From contig JASGJN010000007.1 in NCBI GenBank assembly GCA_049840735.1, positions 210,680-274,679 of the forward strand: a stretch of 64,000 bases of DNA, given 5' to 3'. This document shows, in pieces, positions 21,923-32,592 of this stretch. Both the position numbers and the translations under genes were made by a program. This DNA is from Anaeromyxobacter sp. Its GTDB lineage: Bacteria > Myxococcota > Myxococcia > Myxococcales > Anaeromyxobacteraceae. Numbering within the stretch: the stretch's first letter is position 1; every line of letters starts with the position of its first letter. Below the pieces are notes generated by a model. The model saw only the letters and a list, made by a program, of their open reading frames with translations, did not search any database and was not told the origin of the DNA.

Positions 21923-23869
21923 ATGCGACGCGTACTCGGGATGATGGCGGTGGTGGGGCTGGTGGCGTGCGGCGGCGGCGGAGGCGGGAACCCGGACACG
22001 TTCAGCCTCGACACCCACGCGCTGCAGTTCGGGCTCGTCACCGGCGGTGCGGCCTCCGATCCGCAGGTCGTGCACATGACCATCTCGAGCGACGAGGTGG
22101 CCTACGTCGCCGCCGGCTACGTCGACGGCAGCTCCCCGCCTGGCTGGCTGGGCGTCTCCATGGACACCACGCCGGGCGGCGCGGACTTCACCATCACGGT
22201 CCACGACGCCGGCCTCTCGCCGGGCACGTACACCAACACGTTCCAGCTCGGCTCCGCCGACGCCAACGGGAACCTCCTCGAGACCGAGGACGTGACGGTG
22301 ACCGTGTCCGTGGCGGCCTTCACCGTCTCGCCGGGCCTGGTCCTCTTCGACGGGCTCGACGGCCACGCGCCCGGGCCGCAGTCCTTCCAGGTGGCCATCG
22401 ACACCGCCGGCCACCAGCCGGTGCCGTTCACCGTCGAGGTGCCGGCCGAGGCCTCGTCCTGGCTGCAGGCCACGCCGGCGTCCGGCTCGGCCGGCCCGGC
22501 GGGCACCGCCGTGAGCCTGGACGTCTCCAGCCCTCCCGGCTCCTACCAGGCCACGGTCGCGGTGCGGGCCACGGTGGGCGGGCAGGTGGTCACGCGCACC
22601 GTGGACGTCGGCTACCAGCGCGATGCGGAGCACCTCTACGCCGCCGCCAGCGGCGTGGGGCTGACCGCCGCGCCCGGCCGATCGGTGCTGGCGCGCGACG
22701 TGAAGGTCCTGTCCAGCCTGGGCGCGACCGAGGCGGGCTGGGCCGCCAGCGCCGACCAGGGCTGGCTCACGGTGACCGGCAGCGGCAGCGCTGGCCAGGC
22801 GCTCCACCTGGCGGCGGATCCCACCGGCCTGGCCGCCGGGCTGCACGAGGCCACCGTGACGGTGACGGCCGACGACGATGCGCTGGGGAGCGCGTCCGTC
22901 CGGGTGGTCCTGGCCGTGCTCGCGGACGCCCCGGCGGACCTGAGCGTGACCGGCGACGCCTCGCCGGGCATCCACGCTGCGGCGAGCCCGACCGAGCCCT
23001 GGGTGTTCCTCTCCAGCGACGGCCCGGACGTCTCCATCCGCGACGTCCACACCGGCGCGCTGGTGCGCACGCTCAGCGGCGTGGCCGCCCACGCCTTCGA
23101 GCTGGCTGTCAGCGGGGACGGGCGGCAGCTGTTCGTCCACGACCCGATCGTCCCCGAGGTGGTCCAGCTGGACGTCGGCTCGGGCCAGGTGATCCGCCGT
23201 TACCCCGGCACGGTCTACGGCACGAGCCCGATCGTGGTGATGCACCCGGGCGGCCTGGAGGTGCTGGTCACCGCCGACGGACGCATCCACGACACGGCCA
23301 CCGGCGCCGAGGTGGGCAGCCCGGGCCTGGCCGTGCAGCTGGCCGGGAGCGTGGCGGTCTCGCCCGAGCAGACCTACCTCGTGACCAAGGCCGGCGAGAT
23401 CTCGCGCGTGCAGCGGACCGTGCTGTCCAGCACCCCGGTCCGCACCCAGTACGCGTTCGGCACCGGCACCATCCAGGGCGGCGGCGGCAACAGCGCCTGC
23501 TTCAGCGCCGACAGCGCCATGGTCTACACCGCCAGCGGCGCCCCCTACGAGTTCCCGGGGGTGAGCATGACCACCCACGAGATCGTGCGGCACCTGCCCG
23601 GCAGCGCCTACCCCAACGCCATCGCCTGCGCCTGGAATGGCCTGGTGATCGGCGGCATCAACGGCGCCTACGAGCCCAAGGACGTGTGGGTGTACTCGGC
23701 CGCCGGGGCGGAGCTGGCCCACTTCTCGTCATCTTCCGAGACCACCAACCGCACGCTGTGGGACCACGGGTTGGCGGTGTCGGCCGACGGCGCCCGCCTG
23801 GTCACGCTGGTCTCGCGCTCGGGCGGCGTGGGCGAGGTCCGGTTCCAGACGCTGCCCGCGCCGCAGTAG
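21923..23869 (+). CDS. Lipoprotein with tandem BACON/Ig-like domains and a C-terminal beta-propeller
   Basis: Lipobox LVAC; repeated WL.v.p.sG segments (SWLQATPASG, GWLTVTGSG); propeller-type motifs LAVSGDG, VAVSPE, LAVSADG. Confidence 0.65.
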   Translation: MRRVLGMMAVVGLVACGGGGGGNPDTFSLDTHALQFGLVTGGAASDPQVVHMTISSDEVAYVAAGYVDGSSPPGWLGVSMDTTPGGADFTITVHDAGLSPGTYTNTFQLGSADANGNLLETEDVTVTVSVAAFTVSPGLVLFDGLDGHAPGPQSFQVAIDTAGHQPVPFTVEVPAEASSWLQATPASGSAGPAGTAVSLDVSSPPGSYQATVAVRATVGGQVVTRTVDVGYQRDAEHLYAAASGVGLTAAPGRSVLARDVKVLSSLGATEAGWAASADQGWLTVTGSGSAGQALHLAADPTGLAAGLHEATVTVTADDDALGSASVRVVLAVLADAPADLSVTGDASPGIHAAASPTEPWVFLSSDGPDVSIRDVHTGALVRTLSGVAAHAFELAVSGDGRQLFVHDPIVPEVVQLDVGSGQVIRRYPGTVYGTSPIVVMHPGGLEVLVTADGRIHDTATGAEVGSPGLAVQLAGSVAVSPEQTYLVTKAGEISRVQRTVLSSTPVRTQYAFGTGTIQGGGGNSACFSADSAMVYTASGAPYEFPGVSMTTHEIVRHLPGSAYPNAIACAWNGLVIGGINGAYEPKDVWVYSAAGAELAHFSSSSETTNRTLWDHGLAVSADGARLVTLVSRSGGVGEVRFQTLPAPQ

Positions 23870-23925
23870 CGGGCACACCCGCCGCGGCGGTGGCGCGCGC
23901 AGGGCGGGCGAGGGATGATCGGGGC

Positions 23926-24603
23926 ATGTCCCCTCCATCACCCGCTCCGCCCGCCCTGCTCACCGCGGTGGTGGCCGGCGCCACCGGCCTGGTGGGCCGG
24001 GCGCTCGTCACCCAGCTCTCCACCCACCCGCGGTTCGGCGCCGTGGTGGCGCTGGTGCGGCGCCCCTCCGGCCTCTCCGGCGGGAGCGTCTCCGAGCAGG
24101 TGGTGGACTTCCAGTCGCCCGGCTCATACGCCGGCGCCGTGAAGGGGGACGTCCTCTTCAGCGCCCTCGGCACCACGCTCAAGGTGGCGGGGAGCGAGGC
24201 GGCGCAGTACCGGGTCGATCACGACTACCAGCTGCAGGTGGCGGAGGCGGCCAGGGGCAACGGCGTGCCGGCGCTGGTGCTGGTCTCGGCGGCCGGCGCC
24301 AGCCCGCGCGCCCGCATCTTCTACTCCCGGATGAAGGGGGAGCTGGAGCGCGACGTGGAGCGGCTGGCCTTCCCGCGCACCCGGCTGCTCCGCCCCGGGC
24401 TCCTGGACGGCGATGGGCAGGAGGACCGCCCCGGGGAGCGCTGGGCGCTGCGCCTGCTGCGGCCGCTGGGCCCGGTGCTGCCCGCCCCGCTGCGGCCGAT
24501 CGCGGTGGCCACGGTGGCCCGGGCGGCCATCGCCGCGGCGCTGGACCCGGCGCCGGGGCTGGTGCGCTGCGAGGCGGCCGAGCTGTTCCGGCTGGGAGGT
24601 TGA
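23926..24603 (+). CDS. NAD(P)H-binding oxidoreductase (YraR/TIP30-like)
   Basis: VAGATGLVG, LGTTLKVAGS, VSAAGAS, FYSRMKGELE, RPGLLDG. Confidence 0.88.
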   Translation: MSPPSPAPPALLTAVVAGATGLVGRALVTQLSTHPRFGAVVALVRRPSGLSGGSVSEQVVDFQSPGSYAGAVKGDVLFSALGTTLKVAGSEAAQYRVDHDYQLQVAEAARGNGVPALVLVSAAGASPRARIFYSRMKGELERDVERLAFPRTRLLRPGLLDGDGQEDRPGERWALRLLRPLGPVLPAPLRPIAVATVARAAIAAALDPAPGLVRCEAAELFRLGG

Positions 24604-24633
24604 GTCCGGCTGGGCGCCGGGGAGATCGTGGTG

Positions 24634-25797
24634 CTACGCCCGGGCGCGGGGCGTGGCCAGCGCCTCGGGAGCGGGCGGGGCGGCCGTGGCGCGGGCCTGC
24701 GCGGCCTGCGCCTCGCGGGCGCGGCGGGCCAGGGTGGCGGCGACGTGGGCCGCGTCGCGCCCCACGCCGTGGATCATCCCGGAGGACATGGCGTACATGA
24801 AGTGGAGGCCCAGGAAGTAGAGGCCGGGCTCGCCCGGCACGACGCCGCGTCGCTGGCGCGGGTGGCCGTCCGCCTCCAGCACCGGGAGGTCGATCCAGGA
24901 GAAGCCGGGCTCGTAGCCGGTGCACCAGATCACGTTGGCCACCGGCAGCGCCTCGCCGCCCTCCACCACCGGCAGGCCGCCCCGGGCGCCGGTCACCCGC
25001 GGCACGAAGCGCACGCCGGCGGCGGCCAGGTCGCCGCGCCGGGCGCGGATGAGCGGGCCGCCCTTCGAGACGATGGACGGGCGGGCCTTGCGGCCCATGG
25101 GCGTGTCCAGCGTGAGCAGGCGGTGGAAGACCACCCGCAGCAGGAGCGGCGCCAGCACCCGGCGGCCGGCCCGGCCGGTGATCCGGAACGGCACCTGGCC
25201 GACGTCGCGGCCTGAGAGCCAGGTGGGGTGGCCCTGCCTCGCCAGTTCCAGCGCCAGCTCGGCGCCGGAGTTGCCCGCGCCCACCAGCAGCACGCCGCCG
25301 GGGCGGAGCTGGGACGGGCGCAGGTACTCGCAGGAGGTCACCTGCACGATGGCCGGATCGAGCGAGGCCGCGAAGGCCGGCCGGCGGTGGGCCTGGAACG
25401 AGCCCATGGCCACCACCACGGCGTCGGCCTCGAGCACCTCCACGCCGGACTGGACCCGGTAGACGCTCCCGCTGCGCCAGAGCCGCTCCACCTTGAACCC
25501 GGTCCGCACCGGGAGCGCGAAGCGGCGGGCGTAGGCCTCGAGGTAGTCCGCCATCTCGTCCTTGGTCGGGAAGGTGTCCGGCGCCGCCGGGAAGGGCAGG
25601 CCGTCCAGTCCGTCGAGGCGCGCCGGGGTGAAGAGGCGCAGCGAGTCCCAGCGCCTGCGCCAGACGTCGCCCACCCGCTGGCAGCCGTCCACGATCAGGA
25701 AGCGGAGGCCGCGGCGCGCCAGGTGGTACCCGGCCGACAGCCCCGCCTGCCCCGCCCCGATCACCAGCGCCTGGAGCCGCTCGCCCGACTGGCCCAT
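24634..25797 (-). CDS. Flavin-containing monooxygenase / FAD-dependent oxidoreductase (CzcO/ArsO-like)
   Basis: IGAGQAGL, WRRRWDSLRLFTP, VGAGNSG, IWCTGY, GLYFLG. Confidence 0.88.
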   Translation of the reverse strand: MGQSGERLQALVIGAGQAGLSAGYHLARRGLRFLIVDGCQRVGDVWRRRWDSLRLFTPARLDGLDGLPFPAAPDTFPTKDEMADYLEAYARRFALPVRTGFKVERLWRSGSVYRVQSGVEVLEADAVVVAMGSFQAHRRPAFAASLDPAIVQVTSCEYLRPSQLRPGGVLLVGAGNSGAELALELARQGHPTWLSGRDVGQVPFRITGRAGRRVLAPLLLRVVFHRLLTLDTPMGRKARPSIVSKGGPLIRARRGDLAAAGVRFVPRVTGARGGLPVVEGGEALPVANVIWCTGYEPGFSWIDLPVLEADGHPRQRRGVVPGEPGLYFLGLHFMYAMSSGMIHGVGRDAAHVAATLARRAREAQAAQARATAAPPAPEALATPRARA

Positions 25798-26096
25798 GGT
25801 CCGCCTCCTTCCGCGCGACGGCGCGGCCTGGGCGCGGGGTTAGCGGCGGGAGCCGCGGCGGCCATGGTCCGCGCGGGGCCGCCCGGGTCGCTCCCCGAAG
25901 GGCCGCGGGCGGGCATGCGGGCGCCCGCTGGGGCTGCGGGGGTGGGTGGCCCGATGCCGCGGGCAGCCAAGGGCCTGAATAGACTCGGCACCCAGCCGTC
26001 GAGGGGGACGGCGCGCCTTGACGGGCCCGGCCAAGCCTGCAATCTAGGCCCGCCCGCCGGCCCCGTCCTGGGCCAGAGGCCCGGAACTACCAGCGA

Positions 26097-28061
26097 ATGA
26101 CGCGACTCGCACCCCTGCTCCTGGCGCTGCTCCTCCTCCCGACCGCCTCCCGGGCGGACACCTCCGAGGAGCTGACCATCCTCAGCTACCACGAGGTCTC
26201 CGACGCCAAGGACGCGCTGGAGGCGTCCTACGCGGTCACGCCGACCAACTTCCTGCGCCAGATGGACTGGCTGCGGAACCACGGCTACCGCTTCGTCGGC
26301 ATCGACGACCTGGTGGCGGCGCGGCAGGGCAGGCGCCCGCTGCCGGACAAGGCGGTCCTGGTCACCTTCGACGACGCCTACCAGTCGGTCTACGACCACG
26401 CCTGGCCGGTGCTGAAGATGTTCCGCATCCCGGCGGTGGTGAACGTGGTGGGCTCGTGGCTGGAGACGCAGGGGACGCTCCAGTTCGACGGCAAGCCCAC
26501 CGCCCGCAGCCGGCTGCTCTCCTGGGCCGAGCTGAAGGAGATGGTGGACAGCGGGCTGGTGGAGGTGGGCAGCCACAGCTTCGACCTGCACCAGGGCGTG
26601 CAGGGCAACCCGCAGGGCAACCTGGAGCCGGCGGCCATCACGCGCCGATACCTGCCGGAGCAGAAGCGCTACGAGGACGAGGCCACCTACCGCAAGCGCG
26701 TGGAGGCGGACCTGGAGCGGAACAGCGCGCTCATCAAGCGGCGCACCGGCAAGGCGCCGCGGGTGGTGGCCTGGCCCTACGGGCGCTACAACCAGACCAC
26801 GCGCGAGCTGGCCGAGCGGCTGGGGATGCCCATCGGCCTGACGCTGGACGACGGCGCCAACATGCCCGGGACGCCGCTGTGGGGGCTGCGGCGGATCCTG
26901 GTGGAGGGCGGCTTCCGGCTCTGGGACCTGGAGCGCGAGATCACCATCCGCAACCAGAACCTGTCGGACAACGACCGGCCGGCCAAGGTGATGCACGTCG
27001 ATCTGGACTACCTGTACGACCCCGATCCGGCCCAGACCGATCGCAACCTGGGCCACCTGCTGGACCGGATCTGGTTCATGGGCGTGAACACGGTCTACCT
27101 GCAGGCCTTCGCGGATCCGGACGGCAACGGGGCCGCCGACGCGGTCTACTTCCCCTGCCGGCGCATGCCCACCCGCGCCGACCTGTTCAACCGGGTGGCC
27201 TGGCAGATCCGCACCCGCACCAACGTCCGGCGCCTCTACGCCTGGATGCCGGTGCTGGCCTGGCAGCTGCCCGCCGGCGATCCGGCCGCGGGGGACAAGG
27301 TGGTGGCCGCCGCCGGCGGCGACTCGGCGGGGCGGGTGGACATGGGCTACCCGCGCCTCTCGCCCTTCTCGCCGCGCGCGCGGCAGGCCGTCCGGGAGAT
27401 CTACGAGGACCTGGCCCGCACCTCGATGTTCGACGGCCTCCTCTTCCACGACGACCTGACCCTCTCCGACCACGAGGACGCCAGCAGCTTCGGGCTGGCG
27501 GCCTACAAGGCCTGGGGGCTGCCCGGCTCGGTGGAGGAGATCCGCCGGAGCGACGACCTGCTGGGGCGGTGGACCATCTTCAAGATCAACGCGCTCGACG
27601 ACCTGGCCCTGGAGCTCGCGGCGGTGGTCCGGGCCCAGCAGCCGGCGCTGGTGGTGGGGCGGAACCTGTACGCGCGGGTGGTGCTCAACCCCAGGGCCGA
27701 GGTCTGGTACGCGCAGTCCCTCGACAACTCGCTGGCCCGCTACGACTTCACCGCCATCATGGCCATGCCGTACATGGAGAACGCCGCCGACCCGGCCGCC
27801 TTCTTCCACGAGCTGGCGGACGCGGTGAACGACCGCCCCGGCGCCATGAAGAAGGTCGTCTTCGAGCTGCAGGCCGTGGACTGGCGCGGCGGCAACAAGC
27901 CCGTGCCCTCGGAGGAGCTGGCCGCCACCATCCGCAGCCTCTACGGGATGGGCGTCCAGCACGTGGGGTACTATCCGGACGTCATGTTCGACAACCACCC
28001 GGCGCCGGCGGTGATGAAGCCGGTGCTGGATCTCAAGCCCAACGCCTTCGGGACGCGCTGA
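26097..28061 (+). CDS. pgaB: Poly-beta-1,6-GlcNAc N-deacetylase (CE4 + GH153)
   Basis: LSYHEV, VTFDD, SHSFDLH, WPYG, MHVDLDY.YD, VYLQAFADPDG, FHDD, IMAMPYME, GYYPD. Confidence 0.95.
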   Translation: MTRLAPLLLALLLLPTASRADTSEELTILSYHEVSDAKDALEASYAVTPTNFLRQMDWLRNHGYRFVGIDDLVAARQGRRPLPDKAVLVTFDDAYQSVYDHAWPVLKMFRIPAVVNVVGSWLETQGTLQFDGKPTARSRLLSWAELKEMVDSGLVEVGSHSFDLHQGVQGNPQGNLEPAAITRRYLPEQKRYEDEATYRKRVEADLERNSALIKRRTGKAPRVVAWPYGRYNQTTRELAERLGMPIGLTLDDGANMPGTPLWGLRRILVEGGFRLWDLEREITIRNQNLSDNDRPAKVMHVDLDYLYDPDPAQTDRNLGHLLDRIWFMGVNTVYLQAFADPDGNGAADAVYFPCRRMPTRADLFNRVAWQIRTRTNVRRLYAWMPVLAWQLPAGDPAAGDKVVAAAGGDSAGRVDMGYPRLSPFSPRARQAVREIYEDLARTSMFDGLLFHDDLTLSDHEDASSFGLAAYKAWGLPGSVEEIRRSDDLLGRWTIFKINALDDLALELAAVVRAQQPALVVGRNLYARVVLNPRAEVWYAQSLDNSLARYDFTAIMAMPYMENAADPAAFFHELADAVNDRPGAMKKVVFELQAVDWRGGNKPVPSEELAATIRSLYGMGVQHVGYYPDVMFDNHPAPAVMKPVLDLKPNAFGTR

Positions 28062-28070
28062 GAGGCCCCG

Positions 28071-29336
28071 GTGACCGCGCCACTCGACGCCTTCTGGAGC
28101 GTGCTGCTGGCGTTCGTCTTCTGGTACCCGCTGTTCATGTCGTACCTGTGGATGCTCGGGGCCGCGCTGTTCTACTGGCGGTTCGAGCGCCCGGAGCCGG
28201 CCTGGGATCACCCGCCCGAGCTGGCCCGCTCGCCGCCCATCTCCGTGCTGGTCCCCCTCTACAACGAGGAGGAGAACGCGGAGGAGACGCTGACGCAGGC
28301 GCTGGCGCTGGACTACCCGGAGTTCGAGGTCATCGCCGTCAACGACGGCAGCAAGGACGGGACCGGGGCGGTCATCGACCGGCTGGCCGCCCTGCACCCC
28401 CGGCTCAAGGCCGTGCACCTGGCGCAGAACCAGGGCAAGGCCATGGGGCTCCAGGCCGCCTGCCTCCTGGCGCGCCACGAGCTCTTGCTCTGCATCGACG
28501 GGGACGCGCTCATCGACCGGCACGCCGCCCGGTGGATGGTCCGCCACTTCGTGGAGGACCCGCACGTGGCGGCCGTGACCGGCAACCCGCGCATCCGCAA
28601 CCGCTCCACGCTCATCGGGCGGGTGCAGGTGGGCGAGTTCTCGTCGATCGTGGGGATCATCAAGCGGGCGCAGCGCATCTTCGGCCGCATCTTCACCGTC
28701 AGCGGCGTGATCGGCGCCTTCCGCAAGGCGGCCATCCACGACGTGGGCTACTGGAGCCCGGACGTGATGACCGAGGACATCGACATCACCTGGAAGCTCC
28801 ACCGGGCCGGGTGGGAGGTGCGGTTCGAGCCGCGGGCGCTGATCTGGATCCTCATGCCCGAGACGCTGCGCGGGCTCTGGAAGCAGCGGCTCCGCTGGGC
28901 CATGGGCGGCGCGCAGGTGCTGCTCAAGAACCTGCACCTGCTGCTCCACCCGCGGCGCAGCTACCTCTGGCCGCTCCTGGTGGAGATGGTGGCCAGCCTG
29001 GCCTGGGCCTACGCCATGCTGCTCCTGACGCTGGCCTGGGTGGTCTCGCCGTTCCTCCCCGCCGGCGCCGCGCCGGTGACCAGCTCGCCGCTGAGCCCGG
29101 CCGGCGGCGGGATGATGCTGGGCGCCACCTGCCTGCTCCAGTTCGTCTTCAGCTGGTGGCTGGACAGCCGCTACGACCGCGGGCTGGGCCGGAACCTGTT
29201 CTGGATGATCTGGTACCCGGTGGTCTTCTGGATCATCAACAGCGTCTCGACCGTCTGGGCGCTGCCCAAGGTGCTGGTGCGGGGCCGCGGCGCCCGGGCG
29301 CGCTGGGTGAGCCCGGATCGCGGCTTCAGGCCGTGA
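28071..29336 (+). CDS. pgaC: Poly-beta-1,6-GlcNAc synthase (GT2)
   Basis: P.YNEE, NDGS.D, NQGKA, CIDGDA, TGNPRIRNR, TEDID, QRLRW. Confidence 0.96.
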   Translation: MTAPLDAFWSVLLAFVFWYPLFMSYLWMLGAALFYWRFERPEPAWDHPPELARSPPISVLVPLYNEEENAEETLTQALALDYPEFEVIAVNDGSKDGTGAVIDRLAALHPRLKAVHLAQNQGKAMGLQAACLLARHELLLCIDGDALIDRHAARWMVRHFVEDPHVAAVTGNPRIRNRSTLIGRVQVGEFSSIVGIIKRAQRIFGRIFTVSGVIGAFRKAAIHDVGYWSPDVMTEDIDITWKLHRAGWEVRFEPRALIWILMPETLRGLWKQRLRWAMGGAQVLLKNLHLLLHPRRSYLWPLLVEMVASLAWAYAMLLLTLAWVVSPFLPAGAAPVTSSPLSPAGGGMMLGATCLLQFVFSWWLDSRYDRGLGRNLFWMIWYPVVFWIINSVSTVWALPKVLVRGRGARARWVSPDRGFRP

Positions 29337-29358
29337 TCCGCGTGTAGGTGGCGCACCT

Positions 29359-29381
29359 CCAGGCGGCATCTCGCCGCCTGG
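29359..29381. other. Perfect hairpin in the pgaC-pgaD spacer
   Basis: CCAGGCGGC-atctc-GCCGCCTGG. Confidence 0.5.
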
Positions 29382-29541
29382 CCGGGGAGCTAGGTCCTCG
29401 GGTCCGGCCGGTGCGACACAAGGCCGCATTCTTGGGCCCGGCGTGAACATCTACAAGGGCCCGCCCGTCCAGCCGGCAGAGCGCAACCCCCACGCCCCCC
29501 TGGGCGAAGGGCCAGGCAGGGCGCGCAGCGAGGTAGACGCA

Positions 29542-30006
29542 GTGAGCGACACCCTCATCATCGACGCGCGGCACCGGCTGCGCTGGCACCAGCGCCTCGT
29601 CTCCGACGCGTCCACCGCCACGCTGTGGGGCGTCTGGCTGTGGCTGTGGTCGCCCGTGGTCCGGTCGCTCGAGTGGGCCTCGCACCTGGGACACCGCGGC
29701 TACCCGTTCATGCTGAAGTGGCTCTCCGCCGGGCCGGTGACCGACCTCGACCACGCGGCGGTGCTGCTGGCCGGGACCTCCGGGACGCTGCTGGTCTGGA
29801 AGGGGCTGGCCGCCCAGCGGCCCAGCCTCCCGCCGCCGTGCTCCGAGCACGACTACGCCGGCCACTTCGGCGTGGCCATGGAGCAGCTGCGGGCCGCCCA
29901 GGGCGCCTCGGTCTGCGTGGTGCACCACGACGAGAGCGGCCGGATCGTGCGCCTGGAGTGCCGCGCCTCCGCCTCCGCCTCCGCAGCCGCGCAGGCCGCC
30001 GCGTAG
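29542..30006 (+). CDS. pgaD: PNAG biosynthesis accessory protein PgaD-like
   Basis: LIIDARHRLRWHQRL..T..LW..WLWLW, two TMs, A.HFGV...VVHHDESGRI. GAGG RBS; lies after pgaC. Confidence 0.75.
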   Translation: MSDTLIIDARHRLRWHQRLVSDASTATLWGVWLWLWSPVVRSLEWASHLGHRGYPFMLKWLSAGPVTDLDHAAVLLAGTSGTLLVWKGLAAQRPSLPPPCSEHDYAGHFGVAMEQLRAAQGASVCVVHHDESGRIVRLECRASASASAAAQAAA

Positions 30007-30060
30007 GCGGGCCGCAGCGCCGCCCGGCCGCCGCGCGGCGGGAGCGGGCGGGCGCGAACC

Positions 30061-32584
30061 TCACCAGCCGGGGCGATCGAAGCTGCCGGTGTGGCCCGGG
30101 GTGACCACCTCGAGCCGCCGCAGCGCGCGCCACAGCGCCAGCGCCTCCGCCGGCGCGTAGGGGCGGTGCACCAGGTGCGCCCGGAAGGTGGACACGCCCA
30201 GGCCGAGCAGCGCCTGGAAGCGCGGCGAGAGGTTGAAGGGGGCATCACCCAGCGTGAAGCTGCGGCAGCGGTCGTTCACCACCGTGACCTGGCCGCCGTG
30301 CGAGGAGGTCAGCTCCAGCTGCTCGAAGCTGCAGGCCGCGGGGCCGGGGCAGCCGCCGCGCAGGTTGGCGTAGGGGCAGGACTCGGAGATGAACAGCGGC
30401 GAGTCCTCGTAGACCACCACCGCCGCCGCCTGCCCCAGCTCCCTGACCATCGCCGCCAGGTTGCGCCGGACGTCCTCGGTGGAGAGCGTCACGCGCGACA
30501 GCCCCAGCTCGCGGAGCTGGCGGGCCGCGCCGCGGTTCACCGCGTACAGGCTCCAGTCCGAGGAGAGGTCCAGCCCGTCGGTCTGTCCGGGCGAGAGCCC
30601 GAGCAGCGTCCAGGAGGCGGCGTTGGTCAGCTCGAAGCGGGCGAAGCCGGCCGCGCGCAGCGCGTCCAGGCGGGCGCGCAGCGCCTTCTCCTCCCAGGCG
30701 CGCAGGATGAGCGGCAGCCCCAGCCTGAGCCGCCCGCGGCCGCCGGCCCGCGCCGCCAGCGCGTCGAGCCGCGGGACCAGGTCGCGGGCCGGCTCGCGCG
30801 AGAGGTCCAGCACCAGCTCGTCCGCGGCGGAGAGGTCCTCCGGGGCGAAGGCGTCGAGCGCCGCCAGCGCGCCCACCTTGAGGATCCAGCGCGGCGCAGG
30901 GGCCGGCGCGGGCGCAGCCACCGGGGCCGGGCGCAGCTCCGCGCGGGCGGCGGCGGCGCGCGCGGTGGCGTCCTCGGCCAGGGCGCGGTCGAGCGCGGCC
31001 AGCACCTCCCGGCGGGCCTCGTTGAGGCGCGACACCGGCACGAAGCGAGCCTGCGGGTTCTCCCAGGCCAGCGCCTCCAGCCGGAAGCGCGTGTCGCCCA
31101 CCTTCTCCAGCGCCTTCCGCGCAGTGGCGGCGAGCCGCTCCGGATCGCCGGCCGGATCGAGCGGGCCGGCGAGGTGGGCCTCGGCGCGGAGCGCGCGGCC
31201 CGGGGCGGCCTCGACCGAGGCGGTGAGCCGGACCCCGTCCTCGCCCACCAGCGCGTCCAGGCGCACGCCGCGCCGCGCACGCTGGGTGGCGAGGTTGGGC
31301 CTGTCCAGCCGGTAGCGCAGCTTCACGCCCTGCGAGGAGGAGCAGGGAGACCGGGGCGCCCAGCGGCAGGGTGGGGTAGCCGGGCGGGAGCGGGACCTCG
31401 ACCAGCGCCCCCGCCGGCGCCTCGAAGACCTCCTGGCCGCGGCCGCCCTGCACCACGCGCAGCGCCCCGATGCCGAAGCCGAAGGGGCGATCGAGCCCGG
31501 GGACCTCGACCTGCAGGCCGTCGTGGCGCGCCAGCGGGCGCGAGGTGCGGAACTGCACCGCGGCGGCGCCGCCGCGCTTCACGACCCCCTGCAGCGTCCC
31601 CACCGGCGTGCCGCGGTGGCCGACCCGATCGCGGTCGGCCACGTCCTTGTGGCGGTGCGAGTCGAGGTAGAGGGTGGTCCAGGGGCGCGCGAAGGTGGCC
31701 TGGAGGTCGGCCTCGCGATCCGCCCGCTCCTCGGGCGGGAGCGTGCCGTCCAGCAGGCGGCGGTAGAAGTCGACCGCGGCCGCCACGTAGAGCGGCGCCT
31801 TCTTGCGCCCCTCGATCTTGAGGCAGGCCACGCCCGCGTCGCGCAGGGCCAGGACGTGGTCGGGGAGGGCCAGGTCCTTCATGGAGAAGGCGAAGCCGCT
31901 CTCCGCCAGCTCCGGGCCGGGCGCGAGGCCGTTCACCGACCGGACCTGCCAGCGATCGCGGCAGGGGTAGGCGCACTGCCCGCGGTTGCCGCTGCGGCCC
32001 AGCAGCTGTGAGGAGAACAGGCACAGGCCGCTGTAGGCGTAGCAGAGGGCGCCGTGCACGAAGGCCTCGACGGCGACGCCCGGCACCGCGGCCGCGGCGC
32101 GGATCTCGTCCAGCGTCAGCTCGCGCGCCAGCGTCACCTGGGCGAAGCCGAGGTCGCGCAGCGCCGCCACGGCGGCCGCGGAGTGGGCGGCCAGCTGGGT
32201 GGAGGCGTGCAGCTCCAGCTCGGGGAAGTGGCGGCGGGCCACGCGGGCCACGCCCAGGTCCTGCACGATGAGCGCGTCGGCGCCCAGGTCGGCCAGGGCG
32301 CCCAGCGTGTCGATCAGGCCGTCCAGCTCGTCGTCCAGCACCAGCGTGTTGACCGCCACGAAGCAGCGGCGGCGCGGGGTGAGCGCCCGCGCGTGGCCGA
32401 GCAGCCGGTCCAGCTCGTCGAGCGTGAAGTTCTGGGCGTCGGCGCGGGCCGAGTAGCGCTCCAGGCCGAGGTAGACCGCGTCGGCGCCGTACTGGAACGC
32501 CGCCAGCCCCGCCTCCAGGCCGCCGGCCGGGGCGAGGAGCGCAGTCCGGCGCGGCTCGGCGGAGGAGGGGGGCGGGGCGGGCAC
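30061..32584 (-). CDS. U32 family protein (RlhA/PrtC-like) with C-terminal extension; one frameshift near 31345
   Basis: LLAPAG, GADAVYLG, HASTQ, LARE, HGALCYAYSGLCLFS, RSGNRGQCAYPCR, KIEGR. An extra C in TCCCTGC splits the gene between two track ORFs. Confidence 0.88.
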
Positions 32585-32592
32585 GGCTCGGC

